Shown here one piece after another: positions 41,427 through 50,750 of a DNA stretch of 64,000 nt; positions within the stretch are counted from its first letter, which is position 1, and each line of letters opens with the position of its first letter. The notes beneath the pieces were generated by a model that saw only the letters and a list, made by a program, of their open reading frames with translations, was not told the DNA's origin and did not search any database. Made by a program: the position numbers and the translations under genes. Location: NCBI GenBank assembly GCA_963811165.1, contig CAWEQH010000010.1, positions 928,001-992,000 on the forward strand. The letters run 5' to 3'. This DNA comes from an uncultured Nitrospiraceae bacterium. Its GTDB lineage: Bacteria > Nitrospirota > Thermodesulfovibrionia > Thermodesulfovibrionales > UBA6898.

Positions 41427-43055
41427 CTAAAACCCTCTTTTATTTCTTTTTTGGGCATACATCAATGAATCCGCCGCAGTTACTAGTTCATCGATCGTGA
41501 CAGGGTGTTCCGGGTCGTAATATGCTACGCCGACACTTAGGGACAGTTTGTGCTGGCGATCAATTTTTTCGTTTTGTCTGGCGATATTCCTTTGCAGGCG
41601 CGAGGTGATCACATCCAGGTTATCGCCGGCGGTGCCAATAGGGATAATCACAAACTCATCTCCTCCGATGCGTCCAATGATATCGGAATTTCGGAAAGTC
41701 TCTTTTAGGATAACGGCGGCCTCTTTTATGACCCTGTCGCCTTCCTCATGACCCAGTGTATCATTGATTACCTTTAGCCCGTCTAAATCGGCATAAAGTA
41801 TAAATATTCCTCTCCTCAGGCGATCGGCCATTTTCAACTCCTGTACTGCCAGGGTCATAAAGCCCCGCCGGTTGTAAAGGCCGGTGAGTTCATCTCTCAA
41901 TGACATGGACCGCAACTCTTCTTCCATATGCTTGCGCTCAGTCACGTCCCTCAGTATCCCTTCGATCCCTAAAAAATTGCCGCTCTCATCTTCTATTATC
42001 CGGCTTGATGACTCAAGCTCTACGGGTTCTCCGTCTTTCTTCCTGGCCTTCATCGGATACGCACTCACGGATTTCCTGATTTTCAATTCCGCCCGATACA
42101 CGTCCCGGTCCTTAGGGTCTCTCCAATACTCCAACGCGTTCCTTCCGATTATCTCCTCAGGAGTCTCATAGCCGAAGATTCCCGCCCCTGACCGGTTCAT
42201 CATCGTGAAAAAGCCTTCAGCATTTACCTGAAAGATTCCATCCCGGGTGGAATCAATAAGAGTCTTATATCTCTCTTCGCTTTTCCGAAGGGCCTCGTCG
42301 GCTTGCTTCCTTTCGGTTATGTCGCGTGTAACGTGAACGACTTGCCGAATGCTCCCGTCGGGGTCCTTGATGGGGGAGGTGGATACCTCGGCATAAATCT
42401 TTCTTCCGCCTTTGTCATAGTGTATATGCTCCGACATAGCGAACCTACCGGTGGTATCCACGGTTTCCAAAAGAGGGCAAAGATCGTGCGGAGGGGAGCA
42501 GATGTCAGTCCTGTTATGCGTGACCTCGTAACAAGTCTTACCAATCACTTTATCCAGGGTCAATCCATATCGCGCAAGAAAGGGTTCGTTCGCATCTTGA
42601 ATTTTGTAAGTATTCGTATCGATGATCAATACCTCGTCGTTGAGACTGTCGAGGGCGGTCCTCAGGAATTCACGGGATAGCTGCAGGTCTCGAGTGCGCT
42701 CGATAACACGCTTCTCAAGAGACTCGTTTGTTAATCTCAGCTCCTCTTCAGCTGACCGCATCCTTATGATTGTGCCGCGAGTGAGGCTAATCACGATGAA
42801 AACGAAGAAGGCGCCACCTATAAATACGGGGCCCGTGATCAGTTCGACGGGTAACGGTATGCGTTTGACAAGAATAATGACAAGGCAAATATAACCGGCG
42901 AGAAAAAAGAGCATCAAAACGATCATCATACGCCATCGGCGCTTCAGTTCGGGAGGAACAAAACTCTGGATCTTCCTGCCCCTCAAGATGGCAGCGAACA
43001 TGAGCGCAGCGCCAAACAGAACAAGTCCGCTGGTTGCAAGCGCTAGGGCAGACAT
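41427..43055 (-). CDS. Membrane diguanylate cyclase (TM-PAS-PAS-GGDEF)
   Basis: DELTGLYNRR, NDTLGHEEGD, RNSD I-site, intact GGDEF. Confidence 0.95.
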   Translation of the reverse strand: MSALALATSGLVLFGAALMFAAILRGRKIQSFVPPELKRRWRMMIVLMLFFLAGYICLVIILVKRIPLPVELITGPVFIGGAFFVFIVISLTRGTIIRMRSAEEELRLTNESLEKRVIERTRDLQLSREFLRTALDSLNDEVLIIDTNTYKIQDANEPFLARYGLTLDKVIGKTCYEVTHNRTDICSPPHDLCPLLETVDTTGRFAMSEHIHYDKGGRKIYAEVSTSPIKDPDGSIRQVVHVTRDITERKQADEALRKSEERYKTLIDSTRDGIFQVNAEGFFTMMNRSGAGIFGYETPEEIIGRNALEYWRDPKDRDVYRAELKIRKSVSAYPMKARKKDGEPVELESSSRIIEDESGNFLGIEGILRDVTERKHMEEELRSMSLRDELTGLYNRRGFMTLAVQELKMADRLRRGIFILYADLDGLKVINDTLGHEEGDRVIKEAAVILKETFRNSDIIGRIGGDEFVIIPIGTAGDNLDVITSRLQRNIARQNEKIDRQHKLSLSVGVAYYDPEHPVTIDELVTAADSLMYAQKRNKRGF

Positions 43056-43140
43056 CCGTTGATCCCCTGATTGTCGCTATGCTGCTCAGTTCGCTTGTTC
43101 ACTTTTGCGCATCCAATGGGGTCGATTATGTATATCATGC

Positions 43141-44850
43141 CTATTTATGAAAAACGGGACTAAAAGGGATCTTTGAAATAACCTCTTCGACAGTAGTTAT
43201 CCCTTCTGCGACCTTCTGCCATGCATCTTCAAAGAGCGTCACCATGCCGGATTCCCGTGCCGCCTCCCACACATCATCTTCAGAGGCATTCTTGGCAACC
43301 AGCCTCCTGATCTTAGCGTTCATGGGAAGGAACTCGAAAACACCGGTTCTGCCTTTATACCCCGAATTGTGGCACTCTTTGCATCCGATGCCCTTATAGC
43401 ATTTCTCCAGCGGCGGGAATTCCTGTCTTATGTCGTCAGGCACTTCCACCTCTGTCAAACAGGCCGGACATATCTTCTTAAGGAGTCTTTGGGCAAAGAT
43501 GCCCGAAACAGAGGAAGTCACGAGAAAAGGTTCCAGCCCTATATCGACCAATCTGGTAATAGTTGAGACGGTATTGTTGGTATGCAGTGTGGTTAGCACC
43601 AAATGGCCCGTCATTGCGGCCCTCACCGCAATTTCCGCAGTCTCCGAATCTCTTATTTCACCTACCATGATGATGTCCGGGTCCTGCCTGAGTATTGAGC
43701 GCAGTACCGCGGCGAACGTCAGCCCTATGGGCTCGTTGATCGCTACCTGGGTTATGCCGCGGAGCTTGTATTCAACCGGGTCTTCCGCAGTAATGATATT
43801 TTCAGTCTCCGTCCTCAGATGCTGCAGGAACGCGTACAGTGTAGTCGTCTTTCCGCTGCCCGTCGGACCGGTGACGAGAAGCATGCCCTGAGGCTGATTG
43901 AATATCTCTATCATGGGCTTGAGGAGACTATTGGGGATCCCCATTTGGGTGATAGGGATAAGACCTGTGGAACGGTCCAGCAGCCTGATTACGATCTTTT
44001 CGCCATACACTGACGGGAGTGTCGATATCCTCAGGTCAATGACATTATCGGTGAGTCGGAGGGTGCTCCTGCCGTCTTGCGGGAGTCTCCGGTTCGTGAT
44101 GTCAAGGTTGGAGATGATCTTTATCCTCGATATGACAGACTCCTGGATATGCTTCGGATACTGGATAATGTTCCTCAAGTCCCCATCTATCCTATATCTG
44201 ACCTGCACATAATTGTCTTCCGGCTCGATGTGGACGTCGCTTGCCCTCAGTCTCACCGCATCCGCAAGCAGCATGGATACAAGTTTGACTATTGGAGGGG
44301 CCTCACTCAGCTGGTAGAGCGACTGAACATTTATCTCCTGGGGCGAATCCGGAGGCTCCCCTCTGAGGAACTCAACCCCGTCATACTGGGGCATCTCTTT
44401 CATGAGGTCCCACACTTTATCGCCGGTCCCGTAATTTTCTTCAATAGCGCCCAGGATCTCGGACTCGGCAGAGACGGCCACCGATATATTCAGGCCGGCG
44501 TTGAATGCGAGTTTGTCAATGGTTTGCATGTCCAGAGGATCGGCCATTGCAAGCAGCAGCTTTTTCCCTTTCAGTTCAAGGGGCAGCACGATTTTCTGTT
44601 CTGCCATTTCCTTTGGCACTATGGTAAGCAATTCCTTTGTCAATGTGTATTCGCCGCACTTGACAAGGGGGAGGGAAAGCTGCCGGGAGAGGGCCTCTGC
44701 GATCTGGAGCTCATTTGCGTAGCTAAGTTCGACGAGGACCTTGCCGAGTCTCTTGTTTCGCCCCTTCTGTGCGGTGAGTGCGGCATCGAGTTGTTCGCTG
44801 GTTATAAGCCCGGCTTCTACCAATATCTGACCTATTTTTTTCTTTAACAA
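43141..44850 (-). CDS. PilB/GspE-family secretion/pilus ATPase with MshEN N-terminus
   Basis: ASDVHIEP, RLPQDGR, GPTGSGKTTT, LRQDPDIIMVGEIRD, zinc CxxC pairs; N-terminal IGQILVEAGLI...RLGKVLV. Confidence 0.95.
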   Translation of the reverse strand: MLKKKIGQILVEAGLITSEQLDAALTAQKGRNKRLGKVLVELSYANELQIAEALSRQLSLPLVKCGEYTLTKELLTIVPKEMAEQKIVLPLELKGKKLLLAMADPLDMQTIDKLAFNAGLNISVAVSAESEILGAIEENYGTGDKVWDLMKEMPQYDGVEFLRGEPPDSPQEINVQSLYQLSEAPPIVKLVSMLLADAVRLRASDVHIEPEDNYVQVRYRIDGDLRNIIQYPKHIQESVISRIKIISNLDITNRRLPQDGRSTLRLTDNVIDLRISTLPSVYGEKIVIRLLDRSTGLIPITQMGIPNSLLKPMIEIFNQPQGMLLVTGPTGSGKTTTLYAFLQHLRTETENIITAEDPVEYKLRGITQVAINEPIGLTFAAVLRSILRQDPDIIMVGEIRDSETAEIAVRAAMTGHLVLTTLHTNNTVSTITRLVDIGLEPFLVTSSVSGIFAQRLLKKICPACLTEVEVPDDIRQEFPPLEKCYKGIGCKECHNSGYKGRTGVFEFLPMNAKIRRLVAKNASEDDVWEAARESGMVTLFEDAWQKVAEGITTVEEVISKIPFSPVFHK

Positions 44851-45120
44851 GTTGTTCCCTCCCCTATTGACTTAGTTATGAGGTAACTGTTTATTAAAAA
44901 TATCGGTATTTCCCCCTAAAAACTTAAGGCGGCAATATGAAGCTGCGACTTCCTGTGAGAAAGCGGCATAGGCATCGCCTCTTCGTCTCTGAGGGATCGT
45001 CGGTATTTGTGGTATCGGACAATTAGGGAAAAGGCAGTCTTTCTTTACGAAATGACCGGCTCACTTGCCGTTACGTCGGATCAAATCGATAGACGGGATT
45101 TTTCTGACAGCTTGTAAGCA

Positions 45121-45150
45121 AAAAAGGCAGGCCCGACGGCCTGCCTTTTT
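45121..45150. terminator. Rho-independent terminator (bidirectional geometry)
   Basis: aaaaaggcaggcc-cgac-ggcctgccttttt. Confidence 0.85.
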
Positions 45151-45177
45151 CGTCTTCGACCGGCAGTGACTTCTTCT

Positions 45178-46092
45178 TTACTTCTTCTTCACGCCAGAGG
45201 GTTTCTCCGGGGCAGCCTGGGGCATTTCGGCCTTTTTCGGCTCCGGTGAAATCTTTGCGAGTACGTCTTTGTTGATCTCTACCTTATAATTTTTTCTGAT
45301 TTCAGCTATATAGTTGTCGAAAGCCTCTTTCTGCTTCTCTCCCGTAAGTCTCTGGTAAATGACGTCCTTCACCCTGTCGAACTCAACAACGGGTCCGGTC
45401 TTCCTGCCGGTGACCTTGATGATATGATATCCATACGCTGTTTTGACGGGACCGCTCAATTCTCCGACCTTAAGGCCGGCAGCTGCCTTCTCAAATTCCG
45501 GCACGAGCTGTCCCCGCGCGAAGAACCCGATGTCCCCGCCATTTACCGCCGACTTAGCGTCGAGGGATTCCTTCTTTGCGATCTCTTCGAACTTCTCTCC
45601 CTTTTTGAGCCTCGCCAAAACCTTGTTCGCCTCGGCCTCCGTCTTTACCAGGATATGGCTCGCCCTTATCTGGCTCGTTGTCGTGAAGTCCTCCTTGTGT
45701 TTATCGTAGTAGTCTTTCACTTCCTGTTCCGTCACCTTGCTTTTGGACATTATCTCTTTCTCGAGAAGTTGCGAGGCGAGGGTCAGTTTCTTGAATTCTT
45801 CGAGCTTCCTGTCGAAGTCAGGGCTCTTGTCTATGCCCTTTTTCAGGGCCTCCTGGTAGAGGATCTCCTTCTTTATTATCTCGTCAAGGAACTTCTCCTT
45901 GCCTGCCTCACCCTCGAACAACTGCTGCGCGTAGTCGGGCAGAGACTTCATTTCCCTCTCGAAATCGGCCTCCGTGATGTTTGCACTTCCGACCTTCGCA
46001 ACAACGGGCCCCTGCGCAATCTTATCGGCCGTCTTTTGCGTGCAGGAAAAAAGTAGCCCCGCAAATAAGATGCTCACCATAATCCTTTTCAT
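45178..46092 (-). CDS. PpiC-type peptidyl-prolyl isomerase lipoprotein (PrsA-like)
   Basis: Start MKRIMVS at 46092, lipobox LFSC; RASHILV, GGDIGFF, GYHIIK. Confidence 0.92.
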   Translation of the reverse strand: MKRIMVSILFAGLLFSCTQKTADKIAQGPVVAKVGSANITEADFEREMKSLPDYAQQLFEGEAGKEKFLDEIIKKEILYQEALKKGIDKSPDFDRKLEEFKKLTLASQLLEKEIMSKSKVTEQEVKDYYDKHKEDFTTTSQIRASHILVKTEAEANKVLARLKKGEKFEEIAKKESLDAKSAVNGGDIGFFARGQLVPEFEKAAAGLKVGELSGPVKTAYGYHIIKVTGRKTGPVVEFDRVKDVIYQRLTGEKQKEAFDNYIAEIRKNYKVEINKDVLAKISPEPKKAEMPQAAPEKPSGVKKK

Positions 46093-46236
46093 TACTATAT
46101 CCTCCAAGTATATTTTTTGCTGCATCGTCCTATTGTATATCAAATAGCACAATATTTGTCGTAGTGTCCTAAGGACACTACCATATTTTTCGCCCTTTTG
46201 ACAGGGAAAGTTTCTTTATGATAAATTAAATAGATT

Positions 46237-47532
46237 ATGGGCACAATGAGAAAATTTGACCGATCAAAAGACCTTTTTAAGAAGGCGTCGGCACTCATCC
46301 CCGGCGGGGTAAACAGCCCTGTCCGCGCATTCAAGGCCGTCGGGGGGAATCCCCTCTTCATCGAAAAGGCGCGAGGTCCCAGGATCTATGACGCCGATGG
46401 AAACTCCTACCTTGATTATGTGCTGTCCTGGGGACCGATGATACTCGGTCACGCACATCCCCGGGTTGTAAAGGCCCTCAAAAAGGCCGTTGAAAAAGGC
46501 ACAAGCTTCGGCGCTCCCACCGCGCTCGAAATCGAACTCGCGGAACTGGTGCTTAAGGCGTATCCCTCTATGGACAAGGTGCGCATGGTAAATTCAGGCA
46601 CCGAAGCGACCATGAGCGCCATCAGAGCGGCAAGAGGTTTCACCGGAAGAGACAAGATCATCAAATTTGAAGGGTGCTACCATGGCCACGCCGACGGTCT
46701 CCTTGTAAAGGCGGGGTCGGGCGCAATGACGTTCGGACTGCCTGACAGCCCCGGGGTGCCGAAGGCTTACGCGAAAAACACCATCACCCTTCCCTATAAC
46801 GACGTCAAGGCATTGAAGGCCATGATAGAAAAAGAATGGCGCTCCGTCGCCTGCGTTATCGTTGAACCGGTCGTCGGCAACATAGGCTGCGTGCTTCCGA
46901 GACCCGGCTTCCTTGAGGCGCTGCGGAAACTCACCCGCAGACACGGCATCGTCCTTATATTCGACGAGGTGATGACCGGCTTCAGGGTCTCATTCGGCGG
47001 TGCGCAGGCATCTTACGGCATCGACCCGGATATGACCTGCCTCGGGAAGGTAATCGGGGGAGGCCTGCCGGTAGGCGCCTACGGGGGCAAGAAGAAGATC
47101 ATGTCGATGGTGTCTCCGGAAGGCCCGGTGTATCAGGCCGGCACGTTATCGGGTAATCCTCTTGCTATGACCGCAGGCATCGAAACGATCAAGGAATTAT
47201 CCATTAAAGGCAGTTACCGGCAACTGGAAAATAGATCGGCACTTCTCGAAAAAGGGCTTGTCGATGCAGCCCGGAGGGCCGGCGTCAAGACCCGTTTTTA
47301 CAGGGCGGGAAGCATGTTTTGCACGTATTTTACAGATACCGAGGTGGTTGACTATGCGACTGCAAAGACCTCCGACACCGGGAAATTTTCGAAGTTCTTT
47401 GCAGAGATGCTGCAAAGGGGCATAAACCTGGCTCCCTCTCAGTTTGAGGCGGGCTTCATGTCTCTGGCGCATACCGATAAAGACATAGAAACTACCGTAA
47501 AAGCAGCATACGAAGCGTTTAAAAAAATATAA
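46237..47532 (+). CDS. hemL: Glutamate-1-semialdehyde 2,1-aminomutase
   Basis: [36 protein letters not shown]. Confidence 0.98.
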   Translation: MGTMRKFDRSKDLFKKASALIPGGVNSPVRAFKAVGGNPLFIEKARGPRIYDADGNSYLDYVLSWGPMILGHAHPRVVKALKKAVEKGTSFGAPTALEIELAELVLKAYPSMDKVRMVNSGTEATMSAIRAARGFTGRDKIIKFEGCYHGHADGLLVKAGSGAMTFGLPDSPGVPKAYAKNTITLPYNDVKALKAMIEKEWRSVACVIVEPVVGNIGCVLPRPGFLEALRKLTRRHGIVLIFDEVMTGFRVSFGGAQASYGIDPDMTCLGKVIGGGLPVGAYGGKKKIMSMVSPEGPVYQAGTLSGNPLAMTAGIETIKELSIKGSYRQLENRSALLEKGLVDAARRAGVKTRFYRAGSMFCTYFTDTEVVDYATAKTSDTGKFSKFFAEMLQRGINLAPSQFEAGFMSLAHTDKDIETTVKAAYEAFKKI

Positions 47533-47567
47533 AAAAAGATTCAAAAAGATTTAGGGGAGGCTTTTAA

Positions 47568-48566
47568 ATGTTTAATCCGTTCAGCCTTATAGGAAGGCTC
47601 TATAACTGGTTCAGTGAAGGTATCTCGGCAAAGGCGAAAATCATCATTGCGGTAATAGGACTGGCCATGATGGCCGGTATGGGTTTTACCGCTTACAAGA
47701 TCAACGACTATTTCGAACACGACCCCAACGCCTGCATGACCTGCCACGTCCATGACGAGCAGAACAAGAAATGGGCACACAGCGAGCACAAGACAGTCAC
47801 CTGCCACGAGTGTCATCACGCGACAAAGAAGGAGCAGATGGTGCAGATGTACCGTTTCGCATTCCTCGGAGTCAAGTCGGTTTCGCCGCGCCATGGCGAA
47901 ATACTCGTCGCATGGAAGGTCTGCTATCAGTGCCATTGGGAGAGGAACCCGAAATATCCTCAAGCCAAGAACATCAGCCATTCGCGGCTTCATGCCAGGC
48001 ATTATTACATGGAGCAGATCGAATGCATTAAGTGTCACGGGTACAACATCCACCAGTTCACGGCTGAGCCGCGTTTCTGCGTGAGATGCCACGAGGGCAG
48101 GGAGGTCCACGGGGCCGGCATGGAGGGTCTGGCGTGTCTGAACTGCCATACCGACAGGACAGTAGACCTAAAGCCCGGGCGTGCGAAATGTCTCTACTGT
48201 CATGGTGGGGAGAAAGTAAGAAAGGAACTCATCGCCGGAGGAACTCTGGATGTGACCCATTACCAGCCCGACGAAAACACGATCAAGAGGGCCATCAAGA
48301 TCAATGTCCCCGACGATGCTCCGATGCAGTTCTACTGCTACGAATGTCACAAGCCGCACAAGACCGCGCGTCCGAACTGGGGCAACTGTACGACTTGCCA
48401 CAGGAACATCATGAGTGTGGGCAAACATTCGCTGCATATCCAGGACATGAATATGAAGTGCAAGAACTGCCACAAACCGCATGTCTGGAGGGTCTCTCCG
48501 GAGCAGGCAAGGAAGGACTGCGTCAAGTGTCACGAATACAGGGACCCCAAGAAGTTCCTGTCTTAG
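47568..48566 (+). CDS. Membrane-anchored multiheme cytochrome c (11 CxxCH), NapC/NirT-like N-terminus
   Basis: Counted motifs: CMTCH, CHECH, CYQCH, CIKCH, CVRCH, CLNCH, CLYCH, CYECH, CTTCH, CKNCH, CVKCH; one N-terminal TM. Confidence 0.93.
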   Translation: MFNPFSLIGRLYNWFSEGISAKAKIIIAVIGLAMMAGMGFTAYKINDYFEHDPNACMTCHVHDEQNKKWAHSEHKTVTCHECHHATKKEQMVQMYRFAFLGVKSVSPRHGEILVAWKVCYQCHWERNPKYPQAKNISHSRLHARHYYMEQIECIKCHGYNIHQFTAEPRFCVRCHEGREVHGAGMEGLACLNCHTDRTVDLKPGRAKCLYCHGGEKVRKELIAGGTLDVTHYQPDENTIKRAIKINVPDDAPMQFYCYECHKPHKTARPNWGNCTTCHRNIMSVGKHSLHIQDMNMKCKNCHKPHVWRVSPEQARKDCVKCHEYRDPKKFLS

Positions 48567-48580
48567 AAAAATAATCACAC

Positions 48581-48614
48581 AGGGCCGGGGAAGGATTTCC
48601 CGGCCCTTTTTTTT
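48581..48614 (+). terminator. Rho-independent terminator
   Basis: agggccggg..cccggccct followed by a T run. Confidence 0.85.
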
Positions 48615-49024
48615 CGTTTATCCCTGATCCCTTGGACAAAATGTCGCGCCTTTTATAATGGCCTTTCGGGTTTAGTGCGGCGGGAAATCCCGATGTCACG
48701 ATGCCATCCGTCACGTGCACTTGCACCGCAGCACAGATTCTCTGCAGGTCCAAAAAGATAGAGCACCCTATCCACAATAATAACTGCAATTTTAAAGTTT
48801 TTACTTATTGAAACTTCAAATTGACACGCTGCTCGCGCGGATGATAAGTTCATATATGGTAACTACGCCACGTCAATATCTTCAGAACCGGAACTATGAC
48901 GTATAGACAGGAAAAAGCCCCCCCGATGGAGATTCACAAAAAATCGCTTAGGAGAGGAGGTATCGAGGGGCGTTTAGTTTGTTAGTGGTACGGCAGATTA
49001 TTCTTAAAATAACGGGAGAACCGA

Positions 49025-49339
49025 ATGACAAGGACGGCAAAGCTTAGAATCATCATCGCAACATGTTTCCTATATGCAAGTCTTTTTTTTGTATCCGGCG
49101 CTTTTGCAGTAACGGAAAACGAGTGTATAAACGGAGGCGGCTCTGTCTCTGAGGGCAGCGGGTGCAAATTCTGTGTTGGAGGAAAATTCGACCTTACCGA
49201 GATCACGTACTCCGGAAAAAACGATGTCCAACTCCCCGGCGCGGCTTCTAAAGGAAGAGACAAGAAACCCTCCAAGACCTCTTCCGGAACAGCCGCCGGG
49301 CCGGACGCAGCCGACCGAAAGCAGCCTTCTTCCCCCTAA
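49025..49339 (+). CDS. Small secreted Cys-motif hypothetical protein
   Basis: GGGAG RBS, signal peptide ending AFA, ECINGGG...GCKFCVGG. Confidence 0.65.
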   Translation: MTRTAKLRIIIATCFLYASLFFVSGAFAVTENECINGGGSVSEGSGCKFCVGGKFDLTEITYSGKNDVQLPGAASKGRDKKPSKTSSGTAAGPDAADRKQPSSP

Positions 49340-49496
49340 AGAAATGTCAGAACGCAAAGTTGGCGCGAAGCGCCTCGAGTGTGAATGAAGAAATGTTCAT
49401 CGGCCAATATAATCGCGTTTTTTTTCGTCCATTTGCGTGCATGCCGAATAGGTGATACTATGGAAAAATATATTGATCAAACCGAGGTACTACTGA

Positions 49497-49970
49497 ATGA
49501 AAAGTCACGTCTTTCGTCCGCTGGTGGTTGTAGTCGGTCTCGTCTGTCTCATCCTGATTTTCCGAATGTTCTATGTGCCGAAGGATTTCGGCGTTCATGG
49601 AAGGGGGTACATGTACGGGTGGTACCGGAAAAATAATATCCAGTTCTGGAAAGATTTCAAGGTCAAGTATCAGGGCACTGAATACTGCAAGGACTGTCAT
49701 TCCGACAAGTACGAGAGCATCATGACAACGCCCCATGCGATCATCCCGTGCGAAGACTGTCACGGTCCGGCAATCGAGCATCCCTCGGAGCCCCAGAAAC
49801 TTGCAATCGACAAAAGCAGGGGACTCTGTCTGAGGTGTCACAGTTCGTTGCCCTATCCGACAAGCGGCAGGTCGGAGATCAGGGGAATAGATCCCGACAC
49901 CCATAACCCGGACGTTGAATGCGTCATGTGCCATAACCCGCATAAACCGTCTCTGGAGGGACTGAAATGA
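49497..49970 (+). CDS. Tetraheme cytochrome c subunit (CbcS-like)
   Basis: N-terminal TM; CKDCH, CEDCH, CLRCH, CVMCH. Confidence 0.92.
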   Translation: MKSHVFRPLVVVVGLVCLILIFRMFYVPKDFGVHGRGYMYGWYRKNNIQFWKDFKVKYQGTEYCKDCHSDKYESIMTTPHAIIPCEDCHGPAIEHPSEPQKLAIDKSRGLCLRCHSSLPYPTSGRSEIRGIDPDTHNPDVECVMCHNPHKPSLEGLK

Positions 49971-50749
49971 ACAGAAGAGACTTCCTGAAAAAATCGGTCG
50001 TAGTCGCGGGAGGGCTGGTCCTGCCGCTTACTGCCTTCAAGATTCTGACCCCGAAAGAACTATTCGCCTCCATGGGAGACAAGGCAAAGGTGAGGTGGGT
50101 CTTCCTTGTCGACACCTATAAATGCGTCGGCTGCGGCATGTGCGTAAAGGCGTGTAAACTCGAAAATGAGATCCCCTACGACGCCAATGTGACGCGGACG
50201 TGGGTGGAACGATATGTCATCACGAAGGAAGGGAAGACCTTCGCCGATACCCCCAAAGGGGCGAGGGACGGCTTCATTACATCGAAGATAGACCTCGGTG
50301 AAGGCAGGTATCAGGACATAAAGAAGGAAGACATCGACAAGGCGTTTTTCGTGCCGAAACTCTGCAACCAGTGCGAAAACCCTCCCTGCGTTCAGGTCTG
50401 CCCTGTGGGGGCTACGTACCAGACGGATGACGGCATCGTCCTGGTCGACAGGACGTGGTGCATCGGCTGCGGCTATTGCATCATGGGTTGTCCTTACGGG
50501 GTGCGTTTCTTTCATCCGGTATACCACACCGCCGAGAAGTGCAATTTCTGCTACCACAGAATAACGAAGGGCCTGAAGACGGCGTGTGTCCAGGCCTGCC
50601 CGTTCGGTGCGCGACAGATCGGAAACATCAAAGACCCCAACGACCCGGTGGCGAAGGTCATCATGAAAGAAAGGGTCGGCATACTGAAAGAAGAATACGG
50701 CACAAAGCCGCAGGTCTATTATATCGGTCTTGACAGGGAGGTGAAATAA
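49967..50749 (+). CDS. Tat-exported 4x[4Fe-4S] subunit (NrfC/DmsB family, CbcT-like)
   Basis: NRRDFLKK Tat motif; CVGCGMCVKAC, CNQCENPPCVQVCP, CIGCGYCIMGCP, KCNFC. Confidence 0.95.
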   Translation: MNRRDFLKKSVVVAGGLVLPLTAFKILTPKELFASMGDKAKVRWVFLVDTYKCVGCGMCVKACKLENEIPYDANVTRTWVERYVITKEGKTFADTPKGARDGFITSKIDLGEGRYQDIKKEDIDKAFFVPKLCNQCENPPCVQVCPVGATYQTDDGIVLVDRTWCIGCGYCIMGCPYGVRFFHPVYHTAEKCNFCYHRITKGLKTACVQACPFGARQIGNIKDPNDPVAKVIMKERVGILKEEYGTKPQVYYIGLDREVK

Positions 50750-50750
50750 G

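Noticed and set aside
48735..48770. gcaggtccaaaaagatagagc as SRP (4.5S) RNA domain IV
   Set aside because: It lacks the conserved CAGG..GNRA..AGCAG pairing of SRP RNA.
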